64,000 nucleotides of DNA from Candidatus Cloacimonadales bacterium (GCA_963662655.2 CAXXTU010000002.1:2944001-3008000), one strand, 5' to 3'; numbered from the stretch's first letter, positions 1 through 10,408 are shown. The notes: generated by a model from the letters alone, not told the origin. A program made the numbers and translations.

Positions 1-2958
1 GAAGTTGTTATCGGTATCGTTCTCGCAGGATACTTTCTTGTAGAAGGTTATTTCACCGTCCATCAGGACATTCATCGTCACTTCAAGGGTCGTTGACTGA
101 TTGCTGTTGATGTTGCCCGAACGAGCGGAATACTGCCCGTCATACGTGTTGCTGTTGGTGATGGACCAATTCGTGTTACCGGAAAGGTCCCACTCGTATC
201 CGCTGAAATCTCCGTTCTCGAATCCCTCCAGAATCTGCCCAACCATAACGATGAAATCGTCATTCAGGTCAAGACCGTTATCGCCGGAAATGACAACGCT
301 GAAAAGGCCGAGATAGCCGTCGGTGGCTTCTTCGCTAACAGTCGCCTGTAACGTGATGTAATCTTCCGAATCGCTACCGAGCGAAGAGAGCGCTCCAGTG
401 TTCGACTCGAAGGAGATGATCGGATTCACGGTGAGGATTTCCAGGCTGAGGTTGTTAGCGCTCGCACCGCCGGAATTGGAGATGTACAGATTCAAGTTGG
501 CCACTTCACCCGGCTGAAGGATGCCGTCTCCGCCATCGTCTATTTCAACGCCGGTAAAAGCGAGTTCGGGCGCGTAAGCAGTAAAATACATCTGGACTGT
601 CCAGTTGTCGCTCCCACTTGACACAAGTCCGCTAATGTTGAACTCGAAATTGTCCGGTACGTTCTCGGAAACGGTAAAGATGAAAGCGTCGTCGATGGTA
701 ACGCTTTCGCCGGCAGCGAAATCTCCGAAAGTTTCGGAGTTGTCTGTAATGGTGATATACTGCCCCATGTATGAGATACTCATGGTTGCCCCGGAAGCGG
801 GTTGCTGGCCCATGTTCATGAGCGTGAGCGAAACAGACACTTCTTCGCCGAATTCGATCACTTCATCCCCACCTGCGTCGACCGAGTAATTCCCGATCAC
901 GATAAACGGAGCGTCGGAAGCAACGATGGGAATCTGTGCCTGATCGATCAGGTAATTGTGAGCGGAAACCGTTACGTCGATGGTTCCTTCGTTCTGCAGC
1001 GGCTGGCTGAAGTAGATCGTCACGTTACCGCTGTTGTTCGCGATTTGCATGTCGATATGCTCGCCGTTCTGCGTAACGCCAACCATTGCGCCCGGGATCC
1101 CCGTCTGGACTTCGAACTGTGTCGCGCTGATCGGGATTCCCGCAGGATAAACAACGGACATCTCCTGTGCTTCGGCTGTCCAGAGCTCGAGGGTCGGATC
1201 GCCGAACACGTTCACTTCATAATGTGCCCAGCGGAACCATGGATCGTTTGCACACTGGTTCGCGCCTTCAACCTTCGTATCGTTGTTTGCGTCGGATACA
1301 CGGTAAATCCCTTCTCCGAAAAGCGCGTCGTAGAACTGACGATCAAGATACTGAGAGCTTGAATTGGTTCCACCCGGCATGTACCAGCCGTAGCGGGAAT
1401 TGCCAACATAAACGGCGCAGCCGTTGGATATGGTGGTGAACTTCTCCGCGATGCTGTCGTTGTAGTCGAACGAAGCGGAGTAGCAGCCCTGAGAGTAAAT
1501 CTGGAAGAAGTTGTGGTTCACACCGTTCGCGGTGAGTTGAGAATTCGTGACGTTGTCGTTATAGAATTTCATGTTGTAATCGGTGTTGGAGTGCCCAAGA
1601 TGATTCAAAAGGTTGATTCCGGAATTCATGTAACCAGCCAGGTCATTGCGTGACCAATAAGTATCCCTTTCATAGAGCGTGTCGACGTTGAAATTCTCGG
1701 AAATACCTGCTGTCATGTAACCGTCGTAACTGCCGCCGACTATGATCTGATCCTTGTAGTTACCGCCGTATGTGGCCGGGTTGTCGTTCAATTGTTCACC
1801 CACCATCAGTGCGTTGTCGAGTTCACTCACTACCGGATGGAGCTGATACATCACCTGTTTGTTGATGGCTGCATCGAACTCGGCGCTTGTCTGAGCGGAG
1901 ATACGTCCGACAGCGACTTCGGGGATATAGTCGGCTTCATCGTTTTCGCCCCAGCGGTTGTTGTCGTTGGTGTTCCAGTCCGGGCCTTCGCCAACACCTA
2001 CACGGTCAAGCGACGAATAGTAGAGATCCGAAGGAATGCCATTGTCCGTTGTGTCGCCAGCCTGGATGTAGAATCCGCGGAAAGGAACGATGTTCACATC
2101 GCCACCCAGCAGGAAGTAGCTGGAGTTGTATTCCTCGTAGCAGATTTCGATGAAGTTGCGAATTTTATCCTGGTTATCTTCACCGGCTGTTTCGCTGTAA
2201 ATCTCGTCAACAGTCACAATCATCGGATTGAACCCCTGCTTGGTTTTCAGCTCCATCAGCGGATCGAAGTTGCTGACGAAGTCTTCGTCCGTTATAATGA
2301 CAAGGAGATGATCCTGGGTTCTATCGCGATTATCCGGAGGATAGTACGAGATGGTTTCCTCATTGTTCACCATGCTCCGAAGGTAGCTGTTGGTCTGGTC
2401 GTCGCCGCGGTACAAGCGGTTGTATGCATTGATCGCTTCCTGGTCGGACGAGGTTTCGATGCGTACCGTCATGTCCGGGTAGAAGAGAAGCGTCTGATCT
2501 GCAGGAGAGTACTGAACCGGATATACGTTAACAAGCGCAATGGAGTGTCCACGGTAGTACTGTGTGGTGAGTCCTTCCTGCAGTTCGGAGGGATAGAGCT
2601 GAGAATCTGTATAGACTTCCTGATTGGGTTGTGTAAACACGGCAGTATTGCTTCTGCTCAGAGGCACGGGCGTCTGACAGGGGTAAATGGCTCCGTCAAG
2701 CTCGATTTCAACCGGTTCGCCGGTTTCCACGGTAACGGATACGGCCTTTTCGCCCGGCGCTAGAAGCAAAGACACGGGTATGGACGGTAATTGCGGCATT
2801 CCCGGTTTTGTCAGGTAGATGCCTTCATTGACCTGAATTCTTTGATATTGATCGACCGGAAAAATATCCGGCTGATTTGTCATGACTCGATGCTCGACCG
2901 TTGACGCAAACAACGGTAGCATACCAACGAGCAACATGAGAATGATTGCTTTTTTCAT
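1..2958 (-). CDS. Gingipain-like C25 cysteine peptidase, secreted (3' end beyond left edge)
   Basis: Manual translation; absent from the ORF track because it has no stop in the window. ATG at 2958 with AAGGAAGG RBS; signal peptide MKKAIILMLLVGMLPLFA; propeptide GMPQLP; C25 motifs FLLGGD, SDLYYS, VAVGRI, NHLGHS (His codon 1591-1593), SQGCYS (Cys codon 1483-1485), VFGDP. Confidence 0.9.
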   Translation of the reverse strand, partial: MKKAIILMLLVGMLPLFASTVEHRVMTNQPDIFPVDQYQRIQVNEGIYLTKPGMPQLPSIPVSLLLAPGEKAVSVTVETGEPVEIELDGAIYPCQTPVPLSRSNTAVFTQPNQEVYTDSQLYPSELQEGLTTQYYRGHSIALVNVYPVQYSPADQTLLFYPDMTVRIETSSDQEAINAYNRLYRGDDQTNSYLRSMVNNEETISYYPPDNRDRTQDHLLVIITDEDFVSNFDPLMELKTKQGFNPMIVTVDEIYSETAGEDNQDKIRNFIEICYEEYNSSYFLLGGDVNIVPFRGFYIQAGDTTDNGIPSDLYYSSLDRVGVGEGPDWNTNDNNRWGENDEADYIPEVAVGRISAQTSAEFDAAINKQVMYQLHPVVSELDNALMVGEQLNDNPATYGGNYKDQIIVGGSYDGYMTAGISENFNVDTLYERDTYWSRNDLAGYMNSGINLLNHLGHSNTDYNMKFYNDNVTNSQLTANGVNHNFFQIYSQGCYSASFDYNDSIAEKFTTISNGCAVYVGNSRYGWYMPGGTNSSSQYLDRQFYDALFGEGIYRVSDANNDTKVEGANQCANDPWFRWAHYEVNVFGDPTLELWTAEAQEMSVVYPAGIPISATQFEVQTGIPGAMVGVTQNGEHIDMQIANNSGNVTIYFSQPLQNEGTIDVTVSAHNYLIDQAQIPIVASDAPFIVIGNYSVDAGGDEVIEFGEEVSVSLTLMNMGQQPASGATMSISYMGQYITITDNSETFGDFAAGESVTIDDAFIFTVSENVPDNFEFNISGLVSSGSDNWTVQMYFTAYAPELAFTGVEIDDGGDGILQPGEVANLNLYISNSGGASANNLSLEILTVNPIISFESNTGALSSLGSDSEDYITLQATVSEEATDGYLGLFSVVISGDNGLDLNDDFIVMVGQILEGFENGDFSGYEWDLSGNTNWSITNSNTYDGQYSARSGNINSNQSTTLEVTMNVLMDGEITFYKKVSCENDTDNNF

Positions 2959-3052
2959 GTAACCTTCCTTCGTATGTTAATCAAATATATATCATATCCA
3001 TATTTTATATCATCATGGCATGCAAAAATCATTCCCGCGCGCGAGAATCGGT

Positions 3053-3081
3053 TTGACAGCCATAGTTCATGATATTATAAT
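3053..3081 (+). promoter_or_regulatory. Consensus sigma70 promoter of mntP
   Basis: TTGACA (3053-3058), 17-bp spacer, TATAAT (3076-3081); ATG begins 7 nt after the -10 element. Confidence 0.85.
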
Positions 3082-3087
3082 GCAATC

Positions 3088-3648
3088 ATGAATATTGTCA
3101 CAATGCTTCTTATTGCACTTGGTCTATCCATGGACGCCTTCGCCGTTTCCATGAGTAACGGTCTCGCTCTGAAATGTTTCCGGATACGCTCCGCAACGAT
3201 TATTGCCTTGTTTTACGGCGGGTTTCAGGCAATCATGCCCGTCCTGGGCTGGCTGGCCGGGAAAGGATTGCGGGATATAATCAGCCATTTCGCCCCGTGG
3301 GTAGCGTTTGGATTACTGGCCTTCATCGGCGGCAAGATGATCTACGAGGCTCATTTCCTCAAGGAAGGGGACGACAAGACCTGCAATCCCGAGAAAATCC
3401 TGGTCGTGTTTACGCTGGCGATTGCAACGAGCATCGACGCCCTGGCGGTAGGTTTCAGCCTGGCGATGCTGGATCAATCGATCATCTTACCGGTGTTGAT
3501 CATCGGGCTGGTGACGTTCGTTCTTTCTTATCTTGGCGTCTATCTGGGAAATCGGTTCGGAAGCAAGTTCGGCAGCAAGATCGAGGTGCTGGGCGGGTTG
3601 ATACTAATCGGTATCGGTATCAAGATAATGCTTGGGGCGTTTCTTTAG
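3088..3648 (+). CDS. mntP: Manganese efflux pump MntP family
   Basis: Duplicated motifs LSMDAFAVS and ATSIDALAVG, hydrophobic 186 aa, C-terminal GGLILIGIGIK. Confidence 0.92.
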   Translation: MNIVTMLLIALGLSMDAFAVSMSNGLALKCFRIRSATIIALFYGGFQAIMPVLGWLAGKGLRDIISHFAPWVAFGLLAFIGGKMIYEAHFLKEGDDKTCNPEKILVVFTLAIATSIDALAVGFSLAMLDQSIILPVLIIGLVTFVLSYLGVYLGNRFGSKFGSKIEVLGGLILIGIGIKIMLGAFL

Positions 3649-3654
3649 AACCGA

Positions 3655-4710
3655 CTATCTCTCTTCGTAATTCTTCTGAATCCAGTTAATATATTCTCCC
3701 GTACGGATGCTCTCGATCCACTCCTGATTGGAAAGATACCACTGAACCGTGCGTTTCATCCCTTCCCTGAAATCCACGGATGGTTGCCAGCCGAGTTCGC
3801 GCTTGATTTTACTGCAATCGATGGCGTAACGCCGGTCGTGCCCGGGCCTGTCCTTCACGAAAGTGATGAGGTCCTTGAGCGTTTCGGACGATATCCCCTG
3901 CTCTTCTGCGACTAGCTCGCACAATATGTGAATCAGATCGAGATTCTTCATCTCGCTGTTTCCGCCAATGTTGTAGGTTTCGCCGCGTCTTCCGCGAGTA
4001 ACGATCTCCCATATCGCATTGCAGTGATCCTCCACGTAGAGCCAGTCGCGAACGTTCATTCCATCTCCGTAAACAGGGAGGGGTTTGCGATCGAGCATGT
4101 TCGTGACCATCAGGGGAATCACTTTCTCGGGGAACTGGTATGGGCCGTAGTTGTTGGAGCAATTGGAGAGGGTAATCGGCAATCCGAAAGTATGGAAATA
4201 CGACTTGACCAGGTGATCGGACGATGCCTTCGACGCAGAGTACGGGCTGCGTGGATCGTATGGCGTTTCTTCAACGAAATAACCCGTTTCACCAAGACTC
4301 CCATAAACTTCATCCGTTGAAACATGGTGGAACACGACATCGTTGCGATCCTGCCAGATGCTTCTCGCCGCCTCGAGGAGATTGAACGTTCCGTTGATGT
4401 TCGTGTGAATAAAGTCCTTCGGGCCGAGGATCGAACGATCGACATGCGACTCGGCGGCGAAATGGATCACCATGTCCGGTGCAAAGCGCTGAAAAACATC
4501 CATCACTCCGTCCGCGTCGGAGATATCGACTTTCTCGAAGAAATATCGCTGAGGATACTTCTCTTCAATATCGATCAGACTCAGCGGATTACCCGCATAC
4601 GTGAGTTTGTCGATGTTGAGAATGTTTCCCGTGAAACTCTCTTGCTTGAAAAGGTAGTGAATGAAGTTGGCTCCGATGAATCCGGAACCCCCAGTGACGA
4701 GGATGTTCAT
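3655..4710 (-). CDS. rfbB: dTDP-glucose 4,6-dehydratase
   Basis: GGSGFIG, DKLTYAGN, HFAAESHVDRSI, STDEVYG, YSASK, NNYGPYQFPEK, DRPGHDRRY. Confidence 0.96.
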   Translation of the reverse strand: MNILVTGGSGFIGANFIHYLFKQESFTGNILNIDKLTYAGNPLSLIDIEEKYPQRYFFEKVDISDADGVMDVFQRFAPDMVIHFAAESHVDRSILGPKDFIHTNINGTFNLLEAARSIWQDRNDVVFHHVSTDEVYGSLGETGYFVEETPYDPRSPYSASKASSDHLVKSYFHTFGLPITLSNCSNNYGPYQFPEKVIPLMVTNMLDRKPLPVYGDGMNVRDWLYVEDHCNAIWEIVTRGRRGETYNIGGNSEMKNLDLIHILCELVAEEQGISSETLKDLITFVKDRPGHDRRYAIDCSKIKRELGWQPSVDFREGMKRTVQWYLSNQEWIESIRTGEYINWIQKNYEER

Positions 4711-4723
4711 GATTTTCTCTCCT

Positions 4724-5821
4724 CTATGTTTCCTTCGGCATGAATTTCAGTTCGTAATCCGGGTCTCGCAACAGCGTGCTGATTGATTCAGGATAATCGT
4801 CGATAAGCCAGCTAAAGAATGGAACCGGATTATATCTTTTATTCAGCAATTCTCGAGCCCGTTGTTGATAAACTTCCTTGGGCAGAGATAAAACTTCGTC
4901 GATCTTTCTGTCCATAAGCTCGTGATCGTAGTTCTTGATTCCGTGAATCAGATTGAAGGTGTTTTCGAGGTCGTTCAGGTAGCCTCTTTCACCCACGAAG
5001 TATCCTGTGTAAACAGCGGGAGTTCCCAGTATGCCGGATTCGGACATGATCGTCGCGCTATCTCCGATGACGATTCTGGCAAAGGCCAGGGCATGATGCA
5101 TCTGCGTGGGGTGAAGAGGAAATCTGTATTTCTCGAGGTCGGAAGGAATCTTCCGTTCGGCGGAGATATAACATGTAAGGTTCTCGCTGTGTTTCTTAAT
5201 CAATCGTCTTACGAAGTCGTCCGTCATCCCCCTCGAACCGAAATCATGATGTGCGTTGAGCGCGGCGAGACGGATGATCATATAGGGTTGTTTCAACTTC
5301 CTAACTACCTCAGGGTCCGGCGTGAAGTAATCGGGATGTAAATAGGCAAGCTCCTGATAGCTCGAATATTGTATCGTATGCTTGGTGAACGAGCCGACAA
5401 GGCACGATCTGGGGCATACAAGCGCTTTGGCGAAGGGTTCGACGATTCGGATCACCTTGTGAATGCGGGGGAAGTCGTCCTCGGTCAGATACAGTGTGGG
5501 GATTCCAAGGAAAAACCCCGCGTGAGCAGCCGAGAATGTGGTTGTGAGCATGATGTCCGGTTTGAAATCCCGGCAGATGCCAATCATTCTCATGTCATTG
5601 ACAAGAAGCCAGCTCAGGTCTGCAAATGTTCCTTTCTTCTTTTCTCGAGAGGACTTTTCGTAGACTTTGTAGCGATTCTTGATTTCTTCGACAAGATCGA
5701 AAAGGACGTCTTTGTATTTAATGGCGAAAGCGATTTTGTCCCCTCGCGAGGCGCGTTCATTTGCCAGTTCTTTCATCAGGTGATAATGAGCCGGATGGCT
5801 CAGGTCAAAAAGGATTCTCAT
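4724..5821 (-). CDS. DUF354-like GT-B fold protein of polysaccharide loci
   Basis: N-terminal RILFDLSHPAHYH, ELAYLHP, GDSATIMSESGILGTPAV; cluster context. Confidence 0.7.
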   Translation of the reverse strand: MRILFDLSHPAHYHLMKELANERASRGDKIAFAIKYKDVLFDLVEEIKNRYKVYEKSSREKKKGTFADLSWLLVNDMRMIGICRDFKPDIMLTTTFSAAHAGFFLGIPTLYLTEDDFPRIHKVIRIVEPFAKALVCPRSCLVGSFTKHTIQYSSYQELAYLHPDYFTPDPEVVRKLKQPYMIIRLAALNAHHDFGSRGMTDDFVRRLIKKHSENLTCYISAERKIPSDLEKYRFPLHPTQMHHALAFARIVIGDSATIMSESGILGTPAVYTGYFVGERGYLNDLENTFNLIHGIKNYDHELMDRKIDEVLSLPKEVYQQRARELLNKRYNPVPFFSWLIDDYPESISTLLRDPDYELKFMPKET

Positions 5822-5873
5822 TCTATACTCCAGAGAAGCAAGCCGTATGAATTTCTGCGACAGTGAATGTTTT

Positions 5874-7232
5874 TCATGAATACAGGTTCAATGGTATGCT
5901 GCTGTCCCGTAGCAGGAAACGCCGTTTTCCGTTCTTTGGATTCGGCGGAATCTCATCAACGATTTGCAGCTCGATTTTTACGTCGTTACCAATGTATTCG
6001 TACCAGTATTTGAGGATTGCTTTTTCCGTATCGTTATTGAAGTTATCGTTGATAACGATCTTGATGATAATGTGATCTGGATCTTTCTGGTAGACCTGGA
6101 ACGCGTTGACCTCTTCCAGATACTCGAAATATCCAGTAAAATTATGAACGATGAGATATTTCCCGGATGGCGTGATCAGGATATCGTTATCCCTTCCAAG
6201 AATCCTGCTGAATGCAGGGAGATTTCTTCCGCAACTGCAAGGCTTCTCCGAGCGAACAAGAATGTCCTGGGTATCGTATCGCAAGAAGGGGGTCGCGTAA
6301 TTGAAAAGATCGGTGGTATACAGTCGACCCTTTTCTCCCGGAGCCACTTCTTCTCCGTCGGAAAGGACTTCCGTTATCGCGTATTCTGAGGCGGCATGGT
6401 AGCACTCGTGGGTTGGGCATTCAGCGATGTTGGGCGTTCCTTCGCAACTGTAGGAATCGAAGATGATGCTGTGAAATTGCTCTTGGATCAAAGCCCTTGC
6501 CTCGGGAAAGAGGATGTTTCCCGTGGTTGCGATAATGGGGACCTGAACGTCGTCAATTCCGTTTTGCTGAATGTATTTAGCGAGGAAAAGCAATGGGTCG
6601 GGATACCCTCTCAAGATTTTGGGCCTGAACTCTCTGATTTCCGAAACCAGTTTCTTGAAATTCTCCTCAATCAATTGCTGAGAGAACAGGTATTTGCAAT
6701 TGTTCATCCAGTCCTGGATTCTTTTCAATTTGCTGTTTCTGGGATTCTGGCTCAATTTGACGTATTTGTCGCCGAGTCGGTACCCCATCCAGTACCAGCC
6801 TCTGATTGCTGTTGCGTAGCGCATGCTGAAGGCGTTGTTTGAGATGTAAAATCCCAGGGGTTCTCCGGTCGATCCGCTTGAATATAATGTGGATCTGTTC
6901 TTGGGGGAAATGTTTCGGGCCACCAGTGAATCGTTGTGGTGCTTCTTGATCGTTGATTTCTTCAAAATGGGTATTTTGCGCAGATCCTCTTTCGTACGAA
7001 TGTCGGAGGGTTTGAGCTTGTTTTCTTTGAAAAGATTGTTGTAGTAGGGGACATTCTCGTAAGCGTGTTCGACGAGTAGCCTCAGTTTCCGTTCCTGATA
7101 CTCTCGTATCCGGTCACTCGTCCACCATTGGCTTTCCAGCAACATCTTGAGGTCGCTGCTGGTGTTATGCCCCGTAATCATGTCACTGATTGGCAACAAG
7201 ATTTTCTCATTGAAAAAATGTGCGATCATCAT
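5874..7232 (-). CDS. CapK / phenylacetate-CoA ligase-like adenylate-forming enzyme
   Basis: HAYENVPYY, SSGSTGEP P-loop, YSCEG, TDLFNYATPFLRYDTQD, CSCGR, GR-DND. Confidence 0.85.
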   Translation of the reverse strand: MMIAHFFNEKILLPISDMITGHNTSSDLKMLLESQWWTSDRIREYQERKLRLLVEHAYENVPYYNNLFKENKLKPSDIRTKEDLRKIPILKKSTIKKHHNDSLVARNISPKNRSTLYSSGSTGEPLGFYISNNAFSMRYATAIRGWYWMGYRLGDKYVKLSQNPRNSKLKRIQDWMNNCKYLFSQQLIEENFKKLVSEIREFRPKILRGYPDPLLFLAKYIQQNGIDDVQVPIIATTGNILFPEARALIQEQFHSIIFDSYSCEGTPNIAECPTHECYHAASEYAITEVLSDGEEVAPGEKGRLYTTDLFNYATPFLRYDTQDILVRSEKPCSCGRNLPAFSRILGRDNDILITPSGKYLIVHNFTGYFEYLEEVNAFQVYQKDPDHIIIKIVINDNFNNDTEKAILKYWYEYIGNDVKIELQIVDEIPPNPKNGKRRFLLRDSSIPLNLYS

Positions 7233-7261
7233 ACTTTCTCCACAAGTGCCACAAGTCTATG

Positions 7262-8338
7262 TCATGCTTTGCTTGAATGACGGTACCATTCGAATATCGC
7301 TTCCCAATTCTTTGCGGCTGCTTCAAATGATCGTGTAGTACGAACCTCAAAGCCGTTCTGAACGAGCTTGTTCCTGAATGAAGCGTCCGTCATCAGCTTC
7401 TTGATATATTGTGCAAGGCTTTCATCATCGTCAGGGTCATCGAGCATCATCCCGTTGTGCTCGTGAATGATGAGATCGGCAATGTCTCCAACCGGCGTAA
7501 CGATGGATGCCACGCCGCTGGCCATCGCCTCCAGCAGTGAAACCGGAAATCCCTCTCCACGAGACGGCAGGCAGAATATCTTCGCTCGATTGTTCAGTTC
7601 TGCGATTTTCTCATGAGAGCAATGTCCCAGAAACTCGATCTGATCCTCAATATCGAGTTCTTTCACGCAAGCCCTGTATTTTGATTCCGATGGACCCGCC
7701 CCCGCGATGGTCAGACCGACACGAAGTCCTTCCTTTTTCAGGCGGTGTATCGCCCTGAAAAGGCAATAGGTATTCTTGTTCTCATCCATTCGGGCGACAT
7801 TCAGAACATCGATGTCACGATCGAGTTCTCTTGGCTTGTATTTGTCGATATTGATGACGTTGTTGTATATCTTGATCCGGTCATCGTTTATATTGAGCTG
7901 TTTCAGAAAGTTTTTCGACTTGATTCCGGTTACGAGAAAAAGTGCGTCGGATTTTAAAATGCCCTGCGTGATCTTCTTGAATATTCCCTTGCAAACGGTG
8001 AATTCTCGCAGCCCCGCCACTGTGTTGAGGATGAATTTCTTGTTGAAGAGCCTGGATAAGAAATACCCGATGTATCCATGAGGATGAAGGTGGATGGCGA
8101 AAATGTAATCGATGCGTTTGCTCGTGAGAACAATCATGCCGTCGAGGAGCCTTCTGATGTGTGGCGAGGGAATCCAGGCAGTCAGGGGGAAGCGCACGTT
8201 CACAATTTTAGCGGATGTGGGCGGGTAGGGGAACTCGCGTAACAAGTAAATCTTGTCAACATCATCCAACATGGCAAGAGGCTCGATTCGACCGCCTAAA
8301 TTTGAATTCGGCATTTTTGCGACAACCAATATGTTCAC
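7262..8338 (-). CDS. Glycosyltransferase family 4
   Basis: PSRGEGFPVSLLEAMASG (EX7E), VGDIADLI. Confidence 0.9.
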   Translation of the reverse strand: MNILVVAKMPNSNLGGRIEPLAMLDDVDKIYLLREFPYPPTSAKIVNVRFPLTAWIPSPHIRRLLDGMIVLTSKRIDYIFAIHLHPHGYIGYFLSRLFNKKFILNTVAGLREFTVCKGIFKKITQGILKSDALFLVTGIKSKNFLKQLNINDDRIKIYNNVINIDKYKPRELDRDIDVLNVARMDENKNTYCLFRAIHRLKKEGLRVGLTIAGAGPSESKYRACVKELDIEDQIEFLGHCSHEKIAELNNRAKIFCLPSRGEGFPVSLLEAMASGVASIVTPVGDIADLIIHEHNGMMLDDPDDDESLAQYIKKLMTDASFRNKLVQNGFEVRTTRSFEAAAKNWEAIFEWYRHSSKA

Positions 8339-9381
8339 TTCGATAATCCTTTTTTCAATTTCCCTGAGAATCGACTCAAGAAAAGCTTTCGCGCTCTGGG
8401 AGACATTTTGGGAACCTCCCTCAAATTATGCATCAGCATTCGAGCTCGACTTAAAGATCGTATTTTTTTTACTTCTCGGGCATAGTTCACGGCGTTGCCA
8501 ATTTTACCGGATGCCTGTTTGAGCAAGCGATCGAATTTCTTCTGCGAATACGGCACGAAGAGGTTTTCCCGGTTGCGGTAGACCGGCTCGGAAGAATACT
8601 GGACGGGCTTTCCTTTGATAAAAGTCAGCTTTGCAACCATACCCAGCATTATGAATTCCGACCATGCGCTATCGAACATGAAATTGCCCAGATTGTAGAA
8701 GATGACGCCGTTCTTGTATCGCTCAACCGGCTGAATCCGGTGAGCATGATGACCGATAATCACATCTGCACCGGCATCGATCAAGCTTCTTGCAAAGGAT
8801 ACCTGTTCGTTTGAGGGATACGTGAGATACTCATGTCCCCAATGCAAAGATATCATGCGAAAATCGCAGCCTTGCATCCCCCCGAGAGCTTCGTCAATAT
8901 TGTTTTTGTTCAATACGGCATAGGTATTGGGTTCTTGAATATCATGGACTCCGTTAAAGCCGGCCAGCCCGATTCGCATGCCTTCTTTTTCGAGGATCAC
9001 AACGTTGCTTGTCCCACGATCTTCATAGCCAAAGGGAATGATCTCATGATCCCGAATTGCTTGAATCGTTTTGCTGAAACCGTTGATCCCATGTTCCAGA
9101 ATGTGATTGTTGGCAATGTTCAGAACGTTGAAGCCAGCCTCCCTCAGGAATCGAAGGAAATCGGCGCATCCCAGGAAAATCTCACGGGACGACGCTGCCT
9201 CATCGTGCGAGATAGGAGATTCAAGGTTGCCGATGACAAAATCGTCACCCTTGAACATCTCTTTCAGCGGTTTCTCCCATACGGTTCCCCGGTGTGAGAG
9301 AAACTGTGTCGCAAGCCCTTTATCGTTGCGATATAACATGTTGGCGGGAAAAATGTCGCCAACGAAGGATAGTCTGATCAT
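8335..9381 (-). CDS. CapA/PgsA-family metallophosphoesterase-like protein
   Basis: FVGD, GNLESP, ANNHILEHG, HWGHEY, GADVIIGHHAH, YNLGNF. Confidence 0.88.
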   Translation of the reverse strand: MIRLSFVGDIFPANMLYRNDKGLATQFLSHRGTVWEKPLKEMFKGDDFVIGNLESPISHDEAASSREIFLGCADFLRFLREAGFNVLNIANNHILEHGINGFSKTIQAIRDHEIIPFGYEDRGTSNVVILEKEGMRIGLAGFNGVHDIQEPNTYAVLNKNNIDEALGGMQGCDFRMISLHWGHEYLTYPSNEQVSFARSLIDAGADVIIGHHAHRIQPVERYKNGVIFYNLGNFMFDSAWSEFIMLGMVAKLTFIKGKPVQYSSEPVYRNRENLFVPYSQKKFDRLLKQASGKIGNAVNYAREVKKIRSLSRARMLMHNLREVPKMSPRARKLFLSRFSGKLKKGLSK

Positions 9382-9402
9382 TCCTGATTTCTGCCTGGGA
9401 AT

Positions 9403-10335
9403 CTATTGGTCAAATGTCTCGATCAATTTGCGCAAGCCATCCTCAAATGTCGTTTTCACCTTGAAGTTGAGAATCTTCTCGGCTTTTTCGATGGAAGCGA
9501 GAGAGTGCTTCACGTCACCGGGGCGGTCCTCGGCAAACGTGGGCTGAACATCGGTTCCGAGGATTTTATTGATGAGATTGACGAGGTCAATCAGCGTATA
9601 GCGTTCATTGCAGGCAATGTTGAACACCTCGCCAGCGGCGCCTTTCGCTTCGCACGCGAGGAGGTTTGCCCGGACGTTGTTCTCGATATATGTGAAATCG
9701 CGGGATTGCAGTCCGTCGCCGTAAATCACGGGAGAAATCCCCTGTTTGATCAGGCTGATGAATTTCGGTATGACAGCGCTGTACTGCGAACTTGGATCCT
9801 GGTTGGGCCCAAACACGTTGAAATACCGGAGGGATACAGTCTCGAGGCCGTAAATCTGGTAAAACACCTGGCAGTAGCGTTCGCCGGCATACTTTGTTAC
9901 AGCGTATGGAGACATCGGGGAAACGGGCATGGTTTCAACTTTCGGGAGTGTTTCGCTATTGCCGTAGACCGATGAAGAAGAGGCGAACACGACACGCTTT
10001 ACGCCGAATTCCTTCGCCGCTTCGAGGACGTTCAATGTCCCGGAGATGTTCACTTCATTCGATGTGATCGGATCATTAACGGATCTTGGCACAGACGGTA
10101 AAGCTCCCTGATGGAGAATGAAATCGACCCCTTTCACTGCGTCGCGAACAATGTGAAAGCTTCTGAGGTCGCCCTCGAAAAGTTCAAACTTCTCATTTCC
10201 ACGAAATGGATAGAGGTTTTCTCTTTTTCCGGTTGAAAAATTATCGAGAACTCTTGCCGTGTGGCCATTATCAAGAACTTCTTTGACAATATTGGAGCCG
10301 ATGAAACCAGCTCCGCCAGTGATCAAATATTTCAT
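9403..10335 (-). CDS. UDP-GlcNAc(A) 4-epimerase, WbpP/TviC-like SDR
   Basis: GGAGFIGS, HQGALPSVPRS, ASSSSVYG, YAVTK, RYFNVFGP, YSAVIP; ATG at 10335 after GGGAG RBS. Confidence 0.9.
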   Translation of the reverse strand: MKYLITGGAGFIGSNIVKEVLDNGHTARVLDNFSTGKRENLYPFRGNEKFELFEGDLRSFHIVRDAVKGVDFILHQGALPSVPRSVNDPITSNEVNISGTLNVLEAAKEFGVKRVVFASSSSVYGNSETLPKVETMPVSPMSPYAVTKYAGERYCQVFYQIYGLETVSLRYFNVFGPNQDPSSQYSAVIPKFISLIKQGISPVIYGDGLQSRDFTYIENNVRANLLACEAKGAAGEVFNIACNERYTLIDLVNLINKILGTDVQPTFAEDRPGDVKHSLASIEKAEKILNFKVKTTFEDGLRKLIETFDQ

Positions 10336-10379
10336 AATCAACTCCCTGGGATATATAATGACTTAGTTTTTAATAAATC

Positions 10380-10408
10380 ATGAAACAGCTTGCTTTTTAT
10401 CTTGTCAA
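10380..10408 (-). promoter_or_regulatory. Putative sigma70 promoter of polysaccharide operon
   Basis: Minus-strand TTGACA (10408-10403), 17 bp, TTTCAT (10385-10380). Confidence 0.5.

Noticed and set aside
802..2763. Plus-strand ORFs of 186 and 323 aa
   Set aside because: Antisense shadows of the C25 protease gene; no motifs.
2960..3087. yybP-ykoY riboswitch upstream of mntP
   Set aside because: Promoter abuts the ATG and no matching structure is visible.
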